Assembly: GCF_028641065.1 (NCBI RefSeq)
Contig: NC_073401.1
Coordinates: 19,592,001 to 19,656,000, forward strand
Source of the DNA: Leucoraja erinacea
Lineage: Eukaryota
Direction of reading: 5' to 3'
Length of the DNA: 64,000 nucleotides
Every line of letters begins with the position of its first letter. The stretch's first letter is position 1. The position numbers and the translations under genes are program-made. The notes below the pieces were generated by a model that saw nothing but the letters and a program-made list of their open reading frames with translations, was not told the DNA's origin and searched no databases. Below are positions 52,963 through 64,000 of this stretch, one piece after another.

Positions 52963-55113
52963 CAGTGTTCACCATAATGTTTGGGACAAAGACCCATCAT
53001 TTATTTATTTGCCTCTGTTCTCCACAATTTGAGATTTGTAATATAAAAAAAATCACAAGTGGTTAAAGTGCGCATTGTAAGTTTTTATTAAATGGTATTT
53101 TTATAAATGTTAGTTTCACCATGTAGAAATTACAGCTCTGTTTATACACAGTCCCCCCCCCCGATTTCAGGGCACCATAATGTTCGGGACACATGGCTTC
53201 ACAGGTGTTTGGAATTGCTCAGGTGTGTAAATGCCTCCTTAATGCAGGTATAAGAGAGCTCTCAGTACCTCGTCTTTCCTCCAGTCTTTCCATCACCTTT
53301 GGAACCTTTTATTGCTGTTTATCAATATGAGGACCAAAGTTGTGCCAATGAAAGTCAAGGAAGCCATTATGAGACTGAGAAACAAGAATAAAACTATTAG
53401 AGACATCAGTCAAACCTTAGGCTTATCAAAATCAACTGTTTGGAACATCATTAAGAAGTTCTGAGCTTACTAATCGACAGATCAGAAACACTCTTCAGGA
53501 GTCTGGAGTGGATTTGTCAATGACCACTGTTCGCAGAGGACTTCATGAACGCTGCAAGTTGCAAACCACTGGTTAGCTACAAAAATAGGATGGTTCGGTT
53601 ACAGTTTGCCAAGAAGTACGTAAAAGAGCGACCGCAGTTCTAGAAAAAGGTCTTGTGGACAGATGAGACGCAGATTAACTTATATCAGAGTGATGGCAAG
53701 AGCAAAGTATGGAAGAGAGAAGGAACTGCCTAAGATCCAAAGCATACCACCTCATCAGTGAAACAAAGTGGTGGGGGTGTTATGGCCTGGGCACGTATGG
53801 CTGCTGAAGATACTGGCTCACTTATCTTCATTGATGATACAACTGCTGGTGGTAGTAGCATAATGAATTCTGAAGTGTATAGACACATCCTATCTGCTCA
53901 AGTTCAAACAAATGCCTCAAAACTCATTTGCTGGCAGTTCATTCTACAGCAAGACAATTATCCCAAACGTAACTGCTAAAGCAACAAAGGGGTTTTTCAA
54001 AGCTAAAAAATGGTCAATTCTTGAGTGGCCAAGTCAATCACCCGATCTGAACCCAATTGAACATGCCTTTTATATGCTGAAGAGAAACCTGAAGGGGATT
54101 AGCCCCCAAAACAAGCATAAACTAAAGATGGCTGCAATACAGGCAATAGACAATACACAATAGGTGCATTTGTTTGGCGGCGCGACTCACCCGTTGCAGC
54201 GGCCCCCAGTCTTGTCTTTTTTTAAATTTTTTGTCTAGTTAAATGTAGTGTTGGTGTTTTTTAATACTGGTTTTAAATGTGTATATGTGGGGGGGCGGGG
54301 GAAACTGTTTAAAATCTCTTCCCTGTACGGGAGACCCGACCTTCTGTTGTCGTTGGGGCCTAGCACCGTGGAGCGGCCTCCAACCTGAATGACCCGGGGG
54401 CCCGGGAGACTGCGGAGCTGCGGACTACTCACCATTGTGGGGCTGGCTGGCCTCGGAGCGTGGGGAGTGGTGGTGACTCGCTGGGTTCACTGTGATGGAT
54501 GTTTGTGTGAATTAAATTGTGTGTATGTCTAGGAAATTGTCTTTGTATGGCTGTGGAAATGGAATTTCGTTTGAGCCTCACTGAGAGTCTTTAAGAGTCC
54601 TGTCTAGCTCTCTCTTGAAAGTATCCAGAGAACCGGCCTCCACCGCCTTCTGAGGCAGAGAATTCCACAGACTCACAACTCTGGGTGAAAAAGTGTTTCC
54701 TCATCTCTGTTCTAAATGGCTTACCCCTTATTCTTAAACTGTGGCCCCTAGTTCTGGATTCCCCCAACATCGGGAACATTGGCCTGACAGAGTATCAACA
54801 GAGAAGACACCCAGCAACTGGTGATGTCCATGAATCGCAGACTTCAAGCAGTCATTGCATGCAAAAATACTAATCATTGCTTTCATTTACATGACACTTT
54901 TGTGTTCCAAACATTATGGTGCCCTGATATGGGGGGGGGTCTATGTATAAACACTGCTGGAATTTCTACATGGTGAAACCAAAATGTATAAAAATAGCCT
55001 TTATTAAAATCTGTTAATGTGCACTTAATTTCTATTACAAATCTCAAATTGTGGAGTACAGAGACAAATAAATAAATGATGGGTCCTTGTCCCAAACATT
55101 ATGGAGGGCACTG
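52963..55113 (+). mobile_element. Tc1-family IR/DR transposon, decayed DD34E transposase, with nested retro-insertions
   Basis: ~230-bp TIRs starting CAGTG, each with a repeated ccataatgttyggga DR. HTH (IRDISQTLGLSKSTVWNII), VLWTDE, QQDN-34aa-E (WPSQSPDLNPIE); stops and frameshifts. Confidence 0.92.
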
Positions 55114-57746
55114 TATGTTTAAAAACTCGAGGGTGACTAGGGAGACTGCTCAAGGATAAAGGAGGATATGCCTGCTTGGAGTCAGTGGGTATAGGTGAGG
55201 TGCTAAATGAATACTTTGCATGTGTATTTACTGAGGTGAAGAACTTTGAGTAGAGTGAGATGAGTGTGGAGAATACAAATGTGCTAGTGCAGTTTGAGAT
55301 CGAGAAGGCGGTGATGTTGAGCTGCTGAAGAGAATTAACGTAGAAAAATACCCGGAATTGTAGGGATCCGGAAGGGAAGTAGAGAGAATCCAGGGAACAA
55401 TAGGCCGGTGAGCCTCGTATCAGTGGTAGGGAAACAATTGAAGAGAATTCTTCAATATAGGATCTACTCCCATTTGGAAGAGAATGGGCTAATTGGGGAT
55501 AGCCAGCATGACTTTGTACATGGCAGGTAATGTCTTACTGACTTGATTGAGTGTTTTGTTAATGTTACGAAGGAGATTGATGAAGGTAGGTGCGGTGGAT
55601 GGTGTACACATTGTACACATAAAAGAGCATCTCTGGAGAACATGAATCGTTGATGTTTCTGGGTGGGGCCTTTCTTCAGACTGATTGTTGAATTATTTCA
55701 GCACTTTGTCTCCTTTTGCGTATTAAACAGCAAAGCCGTTTTTTGGTTTCTACCAAGTTTTTAAGGTGATTCCGACGTGTAAAATCTGACTTACATAAAG
55801 GTTTACAAAATGTAACCCTTGCGTATCTCGGGGAGTGTCTGCATGTAAAATTATGCGTGGCACAATTAGGGTAGACAGTCAAACCCTTTTTCCGAGTGTA
55901 GAAATGTCCAACACTGGAGGGAATAACTATAAGGTGAGAGGGGGAAAGTTTAATGAAGATGTGTGGTGTTTTTGTCCAGAGAGTGGTGGGGGCCTGGAAA
56001 TCATTGCCAAGGGTGGAGGTGGAAGCAGATACTTTAGTGACGTTTAAGAGGCAAACATTGTGGGCTGAAAGGCCGATTCCTCTGATGTATTGTTCGATAT
56101 TTTATGTAATACTAATATGCAAGGGCAGTTTGAGATCAAGCAGGATGTGGTGTTGGGGCAAGTCAAGAGCATTATGGTGGATTCATCGCCAAGGCCTGAT
56201 GAGATCTATCCCACGTTAAGAAGAGTAAGCAAGGACATTACAGGAGCCTTAACAAAGGACTTTTCAACTTCTCTAGCCACAGGCGAGGTCTCACAGGACT
56301 GGAGGGTAGAAATGTTATCCCTTTGTTATGAAGGGAAGCAGAGATAATCAAGGCAATTATAGGCTGGCGAGCCTCACATCAGTGACAGGAAAGCTATTGG
56401 AGTGGATTCTTCATGAGAATTTACACTCATTTAAGGGAATGGGCCGATTAGGGATAGTCAACAATGGCTTTGTACACAGCAGGTCATATCTTACAAAATT
56501 GATCCAAGTTTTTGAGGATGTTACGAAGTTGATCAATGAGGGTTGGGTGATGGATGTTGTCTACATGAATTTTAATAAGGCATTTGATAAAGTACCCCAT
56601 GGTAGGCTGATCTAGAAGATGAAGATTCACGGATTTCATGATGATTTGGTTGTATGGATTCAGAATTGGCTTACTTGTAGGAGACAGAGGGTTGTGGTGG
56701 AATTATTCTAGCTGAAGGTCTGTGACCAGTTGAGTTCCTCAGGAATTCGTGCTGGGGCCATTGTTGTTTGTGATGTATATAAATCACTATCGTAAATAGA
56801 AATGGGTTGGTTAGTAAGTTTGCAGACATCAGCAAGATTGCTGGTTTTGTGTTGTGATTTGTGTGGGAATGCTGTCAAAAGATACAGCGGGATATAGACC
56901 AGTTACAGAAATGGGCAGAGAGATGGCAGATGTAGTTTAATCCGAGCAAGCGTTAGGTGTTGCATTTCAGGTGGTCGAATTTAAGGGTGTACGGTTGATG
57001 GCAGGATGCTTAACAGCATTAATGTACAGAGGGAGCTTGGGGTCCAGGTCCATAGCTCCCTGAAAGTGGTATAATTAGGTAGTGGTAAAGAAGGCATATG
57101 GGCGGCTAACCATCATTGGTTGGGGCTGAGTATAAGAGTCAGGAAGTCATGATGCAGTTCTATAAGACTCCGGTTAGGCTGCAGTTGGAGTATTGTGTAT
57201 AGTTCTGGTTGACACAATGCAGGAAAGATGATGGGACTGGAGAGGGCACAGAAGATGTTTACCATAGTGCTGCCTGGATTAGGTTGTAGGATATACAAAG
57301 AGAGGTTGGACAAATTTGGACTGTTTTCTCTGGAACGCCATATGTTATATGTTGGCTTTGGTGTTCACATCCAAGTTTCAGCATCATTATGGGTGGGGAT
57401 GCTCTGAGAGATGCCTCATTCTGTTAACCATTAATTGTTCACCTATTGTTCACGATAGGATGTAGAAGGCAGGAGTTCAACAATGAGATTGTTTAGCTAC
57501 ATCTATTGCTTTGTGATGGAGGCGGGCTACCATTCTGCTTCTGGTTGGCTAACAGTACATTGTGCAAGCCCAGTTTGGACCAAATGCCCCATTTCCCACG
57601 ACCACATCCCAGATTAAATCCTGCATGAAGATCTTAATTGGGATATTATAAAGCATTGTGATTTTCCACAGTAGTTGTGCCTCCCCGACTTGCCTGTTTC
57701 CGTTTAGCATGCCGGCGTTGCTGATTGCTCTTTTTCCTGTTTGCAG

Positions 57747-57834
57747 AGACGAAGCTATGCGGACGGCTGGAACTCCTGTCACCAAATCCAGCAAAGACAT
57801 GGAGAACCACGTCTTCCTGAAAGCAAAGACCAGG
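57747..57834 (+). CDS. MED15: MED15 exon 2
   Basis: 88 nt, DEAMRTAGTPVTKSSKDMENHVFLKAKTR; tgcag acceptor, gtaagt donor. Confidence 0.95.
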
Positions 57835-59767
57835 GTAAGTGAAAGTCCAAAAACAGCAGATCTCAAAGAGTAAAATAGTACAGAAAATATTGGAACCCCT
57901 CAGCATGTCAGGCGAAGGGGCCTCGATCTAAAATGTTAACTCTGGTCCTCTTCCCACAGATCCTGTCTGACCTGCTGAGCATTTCCAGCATTTTCTGTTT
58001 ATATTCCTTTGTTATTTATTTGTTGGTTGTATCTTAGCTGGAAGGGGTGATTATTAATGCCCATCATGAACTGTGGGCTTGGAAGTCAATTTTAGAGGGC
58101 AGTTTGCATAGCATTACAGTTGCTGTAATGCTATGTGCGATCTTGTGGGCCTGTGATGATGCTCTGCAGCCAATCCCTTTCCCTTGCCCTAATGGCTCTG
58201 TAATTTGTTTTCCATGTCTTTCTTTCTGTCTACCTCCAACATTGCCCAGATATGATCGGTTCACAAACTGGAGGGCAAATCCAGTCAGCCTTATTTTCAT
58301 ATTTCTATATGACATAGAAGGAGGATATTCAGTTCATTGAGAATCTGTCAGCGCTTGGAACAACCCCATCACTCTTTCTCCCTTATTTTTTCCTTAACCG
58401 TCCCATATTCCCTTCCCACTAACGCCATCCACCAATTCAACCACTCTCCTACACACCGGGGAAGCTTGCAATGGCCAATTAACCTGCCAATCTACAAGGA
58501 GGTGGGAGAGACAATCCTGACTTCTCTGTCTGATTGGAATTTACACGTTATCCCTGCGAAGTTTCCCCCTGAAGCTCTGGTTTCCCTCCACATCCCAAAG
58601 ACGTGGGTTGGTAAGTTAATTGCCCACTTAAAATCATGCAGGTGAGTGATAGAATCTGGGAGGAGTTGATGAGAATGTAGGGAAAATAAAAGGGATTAAT
58701 TTGGATTAGGGTAAATGGTCAGCACAATGGCAGTTGGTAAGATGCTGGTTGAAAATCAGCACAACTCTGGGCTGAAGGGCTTGTTTCTGTGATTACATGT
58801 ATGGTTGAAACCCACCTTAGACTGATTCACATTTGTCCTTGTTTCTCATCCCTCCTGAACTGCCCTTTGTCCTTGTTTTGTTCCTATACCTCTGAACACC
58901 TAATAGCTCATCTCTTACTGTTTAACTTTCTATCAAGCCCCACTGTGTTGGTTACATCTTCCTCCAAAGCCTGTTGATATCCCCATGAAGATAGTCCTCT
59001 TGAGGTGGAACCTGTCCACCTTGATGCATCAGACTGACTTCAGGGATCTGAAATGGAGACACAAGTGACTGGAGATGCTGGAATCGATTCAGATGAAAGG
59101 TCTCGACCCAACATCGACTGTTCTTTTCTCTCCATGTGTACTGCCTGAACTGCTGAGTTCCTCAATCAGCTTTTTGTTTGGCCTCGGGTTGTTTGGACTT
59201 GGGTCTTTTTATGTTAGATTAACGAAGATTAAAGGCAGTACGATAGAGCAACGTGAAATAAGTAATCCCTAGTACAGGGTAGATACAATCTGGATGTTAT
59301 GCCTTTATTTAAAGAGGGCTAAAAGACAAGCCAGGGTACTGGCTTGGTGCACAGGAAATTGAGTTGGGCTGAAGGGCCTACTTCCGTCTATAGAAATATG
59401 AAGTTTCCTGAAGCCAAGGGACTCTTAACAACAGGGCTTTGAACCAAGACTTTGAATAAACGGCAGGAGAAACAGTTTTAAAGATGGGAAATTTACTGCT
59501 GTTATCAGGGCACAATCAGTAATCATGCATCAAGATCAGATTGGATAGCCTCATGAAGTAAAGGGGAGAAATGGGAATGATAGGTAAAACCAGGCAAAAA
59601 TCCTGGTGCCCTCTTGTTTATAGCATTTTTTAAATGCTTTGGGATTGTTCTTAATCCTACTTGATAAGGTCACTTTATGGCCCTTTTTTCAGTCCTGGTG
59701 ATTCCATGTATAAGTTCTTTCCTGCTTCTTCTATATTAAGTAACTATAAGTAATAAGTAACTATAAG

Positions 59768-59980
59768 TAACTGCAGATGCTGGTTTACTTAAGATAGACA
59801 CAAAAAGCTGGAGTAACTCAGCGTGTCTGGGAGCATCTCTGGGGGAAAAGGAATAAGTAATGTTTCGGATTGAGACCCCCTTCTTCATTCTGCAGAAAGG
59901 TCTCGATCCGAGACATCACCTATTCCTTTTCTCCAGAGATGCTGCCTGACCCGCTGAGTCACTCCAGTTTTTTGTGTCTA
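59768..59980. mobile_element. Penelope-like terminal repeat fold-back pair
   Basis: Inverted agacacaaaaagctggagtaactcagc arms around degenerate hammerhead cores. Confidence 0.7.
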
Positions 59981-60545
59981 TAAAAGGATTAGTATGCTCC
60001 CTTCCCTTTGGACTATCAAATTCTACCTTTTAAATCTCTCACATGAAGGAAGTCCCAGTCACTATTGGGGAAATTAAACTGCAATACTCTACAATACTCC
60101 TCTGCAATGCTGCTGCTTTACGTATTTTCATGATCTAGCTACACATTTGTTCTTCCATCTCCTATTTGCTATTGTGATGCTTGTAGTCATCATTGAACCT
60201 CATCATAGTGATTGGACATTTCTTATTTTGAGCTATATCCATATTGTCTCCCTGGATGAGCCCTCCAAAATGTCCCCTCAGTGTACAGCTGTAATATTCT
60301 CCCTGAGCACTGGTTCAACTCCCCCAGCTCCTGGAATATTGAGCTGATAGTCTTGCCCTTCTCGCAACCAAGTCTCTAATGTCAACGACAAGAATGTTGT
60401 AAATGAACCAGAGAAAAATCTGGAAAGGAATGGGGCAATGTGAGCACTGGCACTCTTGAAAGGCAGTTTGGGAACTAACAACATTTTGTGATGTATATCA
60501 TCAGAACAGGCGGAGTCTTTGTCATTCTATTATGTGTTTCAACAG

Positions 60546-60597
60546 GAAGAGTATCTCAGTCTGGTGGCAAGGCTTATTCTGCATTTTCGAGACATCC
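60546..60597 (+). CDS. MED15: MED15 exon 3
   Basis: 52 nt, EEYLSLVARLILHFRDI+C; aacag acceptor, gtgagt donor. Confidence 0.95.
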
Positions 60598-61689
60598 GTG
60601 AGTACTCAAGAAATTTGCTCTCAACTTTCCTGGAGGAAGTGTTTTTGGTTTAGGAAATGCTTCGAGTGGAGACATGCATTGTCTTTGCTTTTAATATTTG
60701 TAAAACTGAAGATGCATTAATAGATTTGGCCATTAGATGACAGTATATCCTGGAAGTGAAAGTGGCTGATGGAAACTAACTCACTGAATTACAAATGTAC
60801 CTGCCGCCTTGGTGGATCAGGCATGTTTAGTCAGTTTGATGCTTTCCCATGCTCTAATTTCTTACCTCCAGCAACTGGCCGTCTGCACTAGTGGGCGATT
60901 AGGTATAAATCCGGGATGCCTAACATGGGTGTAGAAGCTTTATTGCCTGTTTTTGCCTTTCTTCTGAAGATGCTGATTATTGGTGGGATGGGAACCCTCT
61001 TAGGAATGATTTCATTTTCGTGCCTTTTCCAAATAACTATCCTCTTGTGATCTGAGTTAGTAAATGGCAGCGATGATTGTACTCTACAGATCAACGAGAT
61101 TTTCAACTTTTAAAGAATGATGGCTGGCATTTAGCAATATGTTTCACCAGCAATCCCTGGTCATGGTGTTACTTAGGTGCTGGAATTTGTCTTTGTTGAA
61201 CAAATAGCAAAGCGTGTGGTGATTTTTGGCCAGATCCTGTTTTTGATCAGAATGAAGGATCTGAAATTGTAATAAAGGGAAAACGTGCAATGTCTTGATC
61301 CAGTGGTAGGAATTCAAGTTTCAAACCAGAGGTTGATCACAAAATCCAGGCTGAGCTTAATTCTGATGGACTTCCAGAGATGTTATTTTTCGGATGAAAT
61401 ATTAATCTTTCAGGTCCCAAATTCCTCTTCAAGTAAGGGCTCGTATTTAAATTACAATTTAAAACCATACCATCTGATCTCATTGCATGAAGAATGCAAA
61501 TAGCCTGCAAAGATTCACCACCGCTGTTCAACAAGTACTTAATTAATAGATATAAGCACCATTCATGCCACGGTCTCTCAGAGCCCTATATAATAATGCA
61601 AATCAGGGGCTTTATTGCACCCATATCTTTTCCAGAGACGACCAGACATAACTAAGACAAATGGAGAATTTAAAATTAGTTAAATATTC

Positions 61690-62520
61690 TGGAATCTACT
61701 GGTCTCAGTTCAAAAAACCATGGCACTGATAGATTGTTAAAAAATCCATATTGTTACTCTGGACCCACCTGCCAGATTGAGCAATTAAACAGTCAATGGG
61801 AAGAGCACGCTTGAAGAAGATCCCCATTATCGAAAATGGCAGGTCTTAGTTGGTGAATACCAAAGGCAGTGCATCTGTATCTGCAACCATCTCCTGCCAG
61901 AAGTGCATTAGTATAAAAGGCATTTTTCAATCATTTTCATACATTCCACGAGATGTCAAGATAGCAACCCATTTTCTGCGTTGAAGATTGCTTCAGCAAT
62001 GCAATCTACTATTTCATGCAGTTACAACGTTAGCATCTATCTGGCAATCTGGAAATGTGTTTACAAAATCCAGTGTGGCTAATTATACCCAGTCTATCTA
62101 TTCCCAACCATCAGCAAAATGAAGGGCTATTTATCATCCAAGTGGCACACACTTGCCAATAACCGAACGGTCACATTACTCCAGACCTCATCATGCCTTG
62201 GTTCAGATAGATAGACACCAAAAACTTGAGTTCCAGCAGAAAACAATTTCACTTAATATTAAGCTAGCGTGACATCCTGGTAAAACAGAAGTCATCAGTC
62301 AAAGGACAAATCAATGCATAGTTATACCCCTCGCAAGTTGGAGGTCCATCATCTCAGCTCCTGGGCATCTCTGCAGGAGTTTCTCTGTGCAGTGTCCTCG
62401 GCCAAGCTCCCTTTAGCAGCTTCATCAATGACCTTCCTCCCATCATATGCTAGAAGTGGCAACGTGCAGTCTATGCCTGCATGCAACAAACCCTAGACAC
62501 CATTCAGTCATGGGCTAACA
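61690..62520 (+). mobile_element. old CR1-like LINE RT remnant
   Basis: Degenerate GV..GSVLG...FSSFINDL segment. Confidence 0.5.
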
Positions 62521-63398
62521 ACCAGAATACGAATGTGGGAAATAGAAACAGGAGTATGTCATTTAGCCCCTCACCACCCTCTTCACCATTCTGTGGGACA
62601 TGGCCAATCCTGTACCCCAGAGTCACTGACCCAGACTAACCCTGTAATTTTTGGTTTTCGTAATATCACCTGATGATCCCCGTCATGATTATACGGAACC
62701 CCTCAGAATTCACTGAGACAATTAAAATTCAACATCCTACAGGTGAAGAAATTCTCCTTATCACAGCCCCTTTATTTTGAGTTTTTTTTTTGTCATATCG
62801 ACCCTGCCTTGACTGGAAATAATTTGGCATGCTTTAATGTTCCATTGAAGGGAGGTTGTGGGGAGCTGCATGGACGTAGGGGAGGTGAGGGGGAGGGAGG
62901 CTAGCGAGCGAGGGCAGGCGCCCCATCAGTGTGATTTATGGGGTGGTTGGAGGCCAATCGGTCTCAGCAGAGGATTGGTCAGTCTTTTCAGTTGGTTTTA
63001 TTGAGTAATACATGTCAGGAACATCATGGGGCATAGTCATTTTTATGTCAGTTCAACATAGATTTTATGTATCTTCTCCCTAATTTGTCTTGCTTTTATT
63101 ATAGAGATGCATAACACTTGATATCAATCTTATTAGAATCATATCAATTATTGCCATAACCCTAAATGTTAGATCTGTACCCTTCAGTATATCCCAATGT
63201 TGCACGGATCTAGATGTGTTTTCTCTTGCTCCACTTCAGAGGACAGAGAATCGAATTGTACAGCATATGAACTGTTCAATGAGTCACCATTTGGTGAAAG
63301 GTTTGCACACTTATTGTTCTGTTCCTCTGAAGTTATAGTGAAGATGCGCAATTATTTTTTTCCACTGTATAATTGCTTGATCGTTTATGTTTTCATAG

Positions 63399-63419
63399 AT
63401 AAGAAGACTCGAGCTGGCG
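63399..63419 (+). CDS. MED15: MED15 exon 4 (21-nt microexon); gene continues beyond window
   Basis: tttcatag acceptor, gtaagt donor. Phase-compatible (H)KKTRAG+G. Confidence 0.75.
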
Positions 63420-64000
63420 GTAAGTAGTGTTTTAATTCCAAACTGATTTAAGAAAGTCAGGAGATGCGTAAATAGGTGCTTGGTAATCAGTGCAACTTGG
63501 TGAGGGCCATAGGACATTTTTCCATGCTGTATGAGTTGAACTGTTATTTTTGAATTAAATGGCTCTCATTTAGATGTGCTTGCATTAATTTAACAGCTGA
63601 ATAATTGCTTTCACATGCAGTTTTGGAACCCTTTGTTTTCCCACAGGGAAACTGTACACCCAGACGATCTTGGGAAAATCCAAGGAAAGGAGATTTGTTG
63701 GATTAGAGAATGGAGATGAACTTGTATGCAACTACATAAATAGATGTTGTCAAGATTTACCTCTGGGTCGGTGATGAATAACCTCACTCATGGTGGAACT
63801 CGGGGCAGGTCAAATTAGTTGTCAGCGGGGCTCTTTGTCAAGGGAGAAGTTCATTGGTCCTGTAGATACACTGGGACCCTTACTGTGAAATGTTTGTTGT
63901 GTGAGGAAAAATGTTCAACTGATGATAGCTGACTCGTCTTTTGGGAATGTGTTCACCATTTGTTGACCATGGGATGATCACAATGAATGGCGGTGCTGGC

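Larger units (their letters stand above)
51640..57340 (+). mobile_element. composite CR1 ORF2 remnants interrupted by DNA transposons
   Basis: Collinear CR1 segments either side of the hAT and Tc1 inserts. RT piece NYRLASLTSVTGKLLE...DVVYMNFNKAFDKVPH at 56328-56615. Confidence 0.75.

Overview
Vertebrate genomic DNA, not prokaryotic. The CR1/L2/Rex-Babar/Penelope repeat content suggests a cartilaginous fish, probably a skate or ray (inference). Four spliced genes can be rebuilt by hand with GT-AG boundaries and consistent phases. They are the 3' six exons of UPB1 (+), a complete GUCD1 (-, 6 exons, 235 aa), a complete SNRPD3 (+, 3 coding exons, 126 aa, head-to-head with GUCD1 across ~260 bp) and the first four exons of MED15 (+). 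Introns are full of retro- and DNA-transposon debris, often nested. Notable non-genic signals: (1) two 25-34 bp CAAAG...CTTTG inserts with perfect 8-bp target duplications and 17-nt arms, matching P-element excision footprints; (2) many Penelope terminal repeats carrying minimal hammerhead-ribozyme cores, several as fold-back hairpins; (3) a hAT19-like element and an IR/DR DD34E Tc1, both inserted into one CR1; (4) an unexplained diverged ~430-450 bp tandem duplication and a possible Harbinger fossil in a UPB1 intron. No databases were searched. Family names come from motif recognition and repeat boundaries are approximate.
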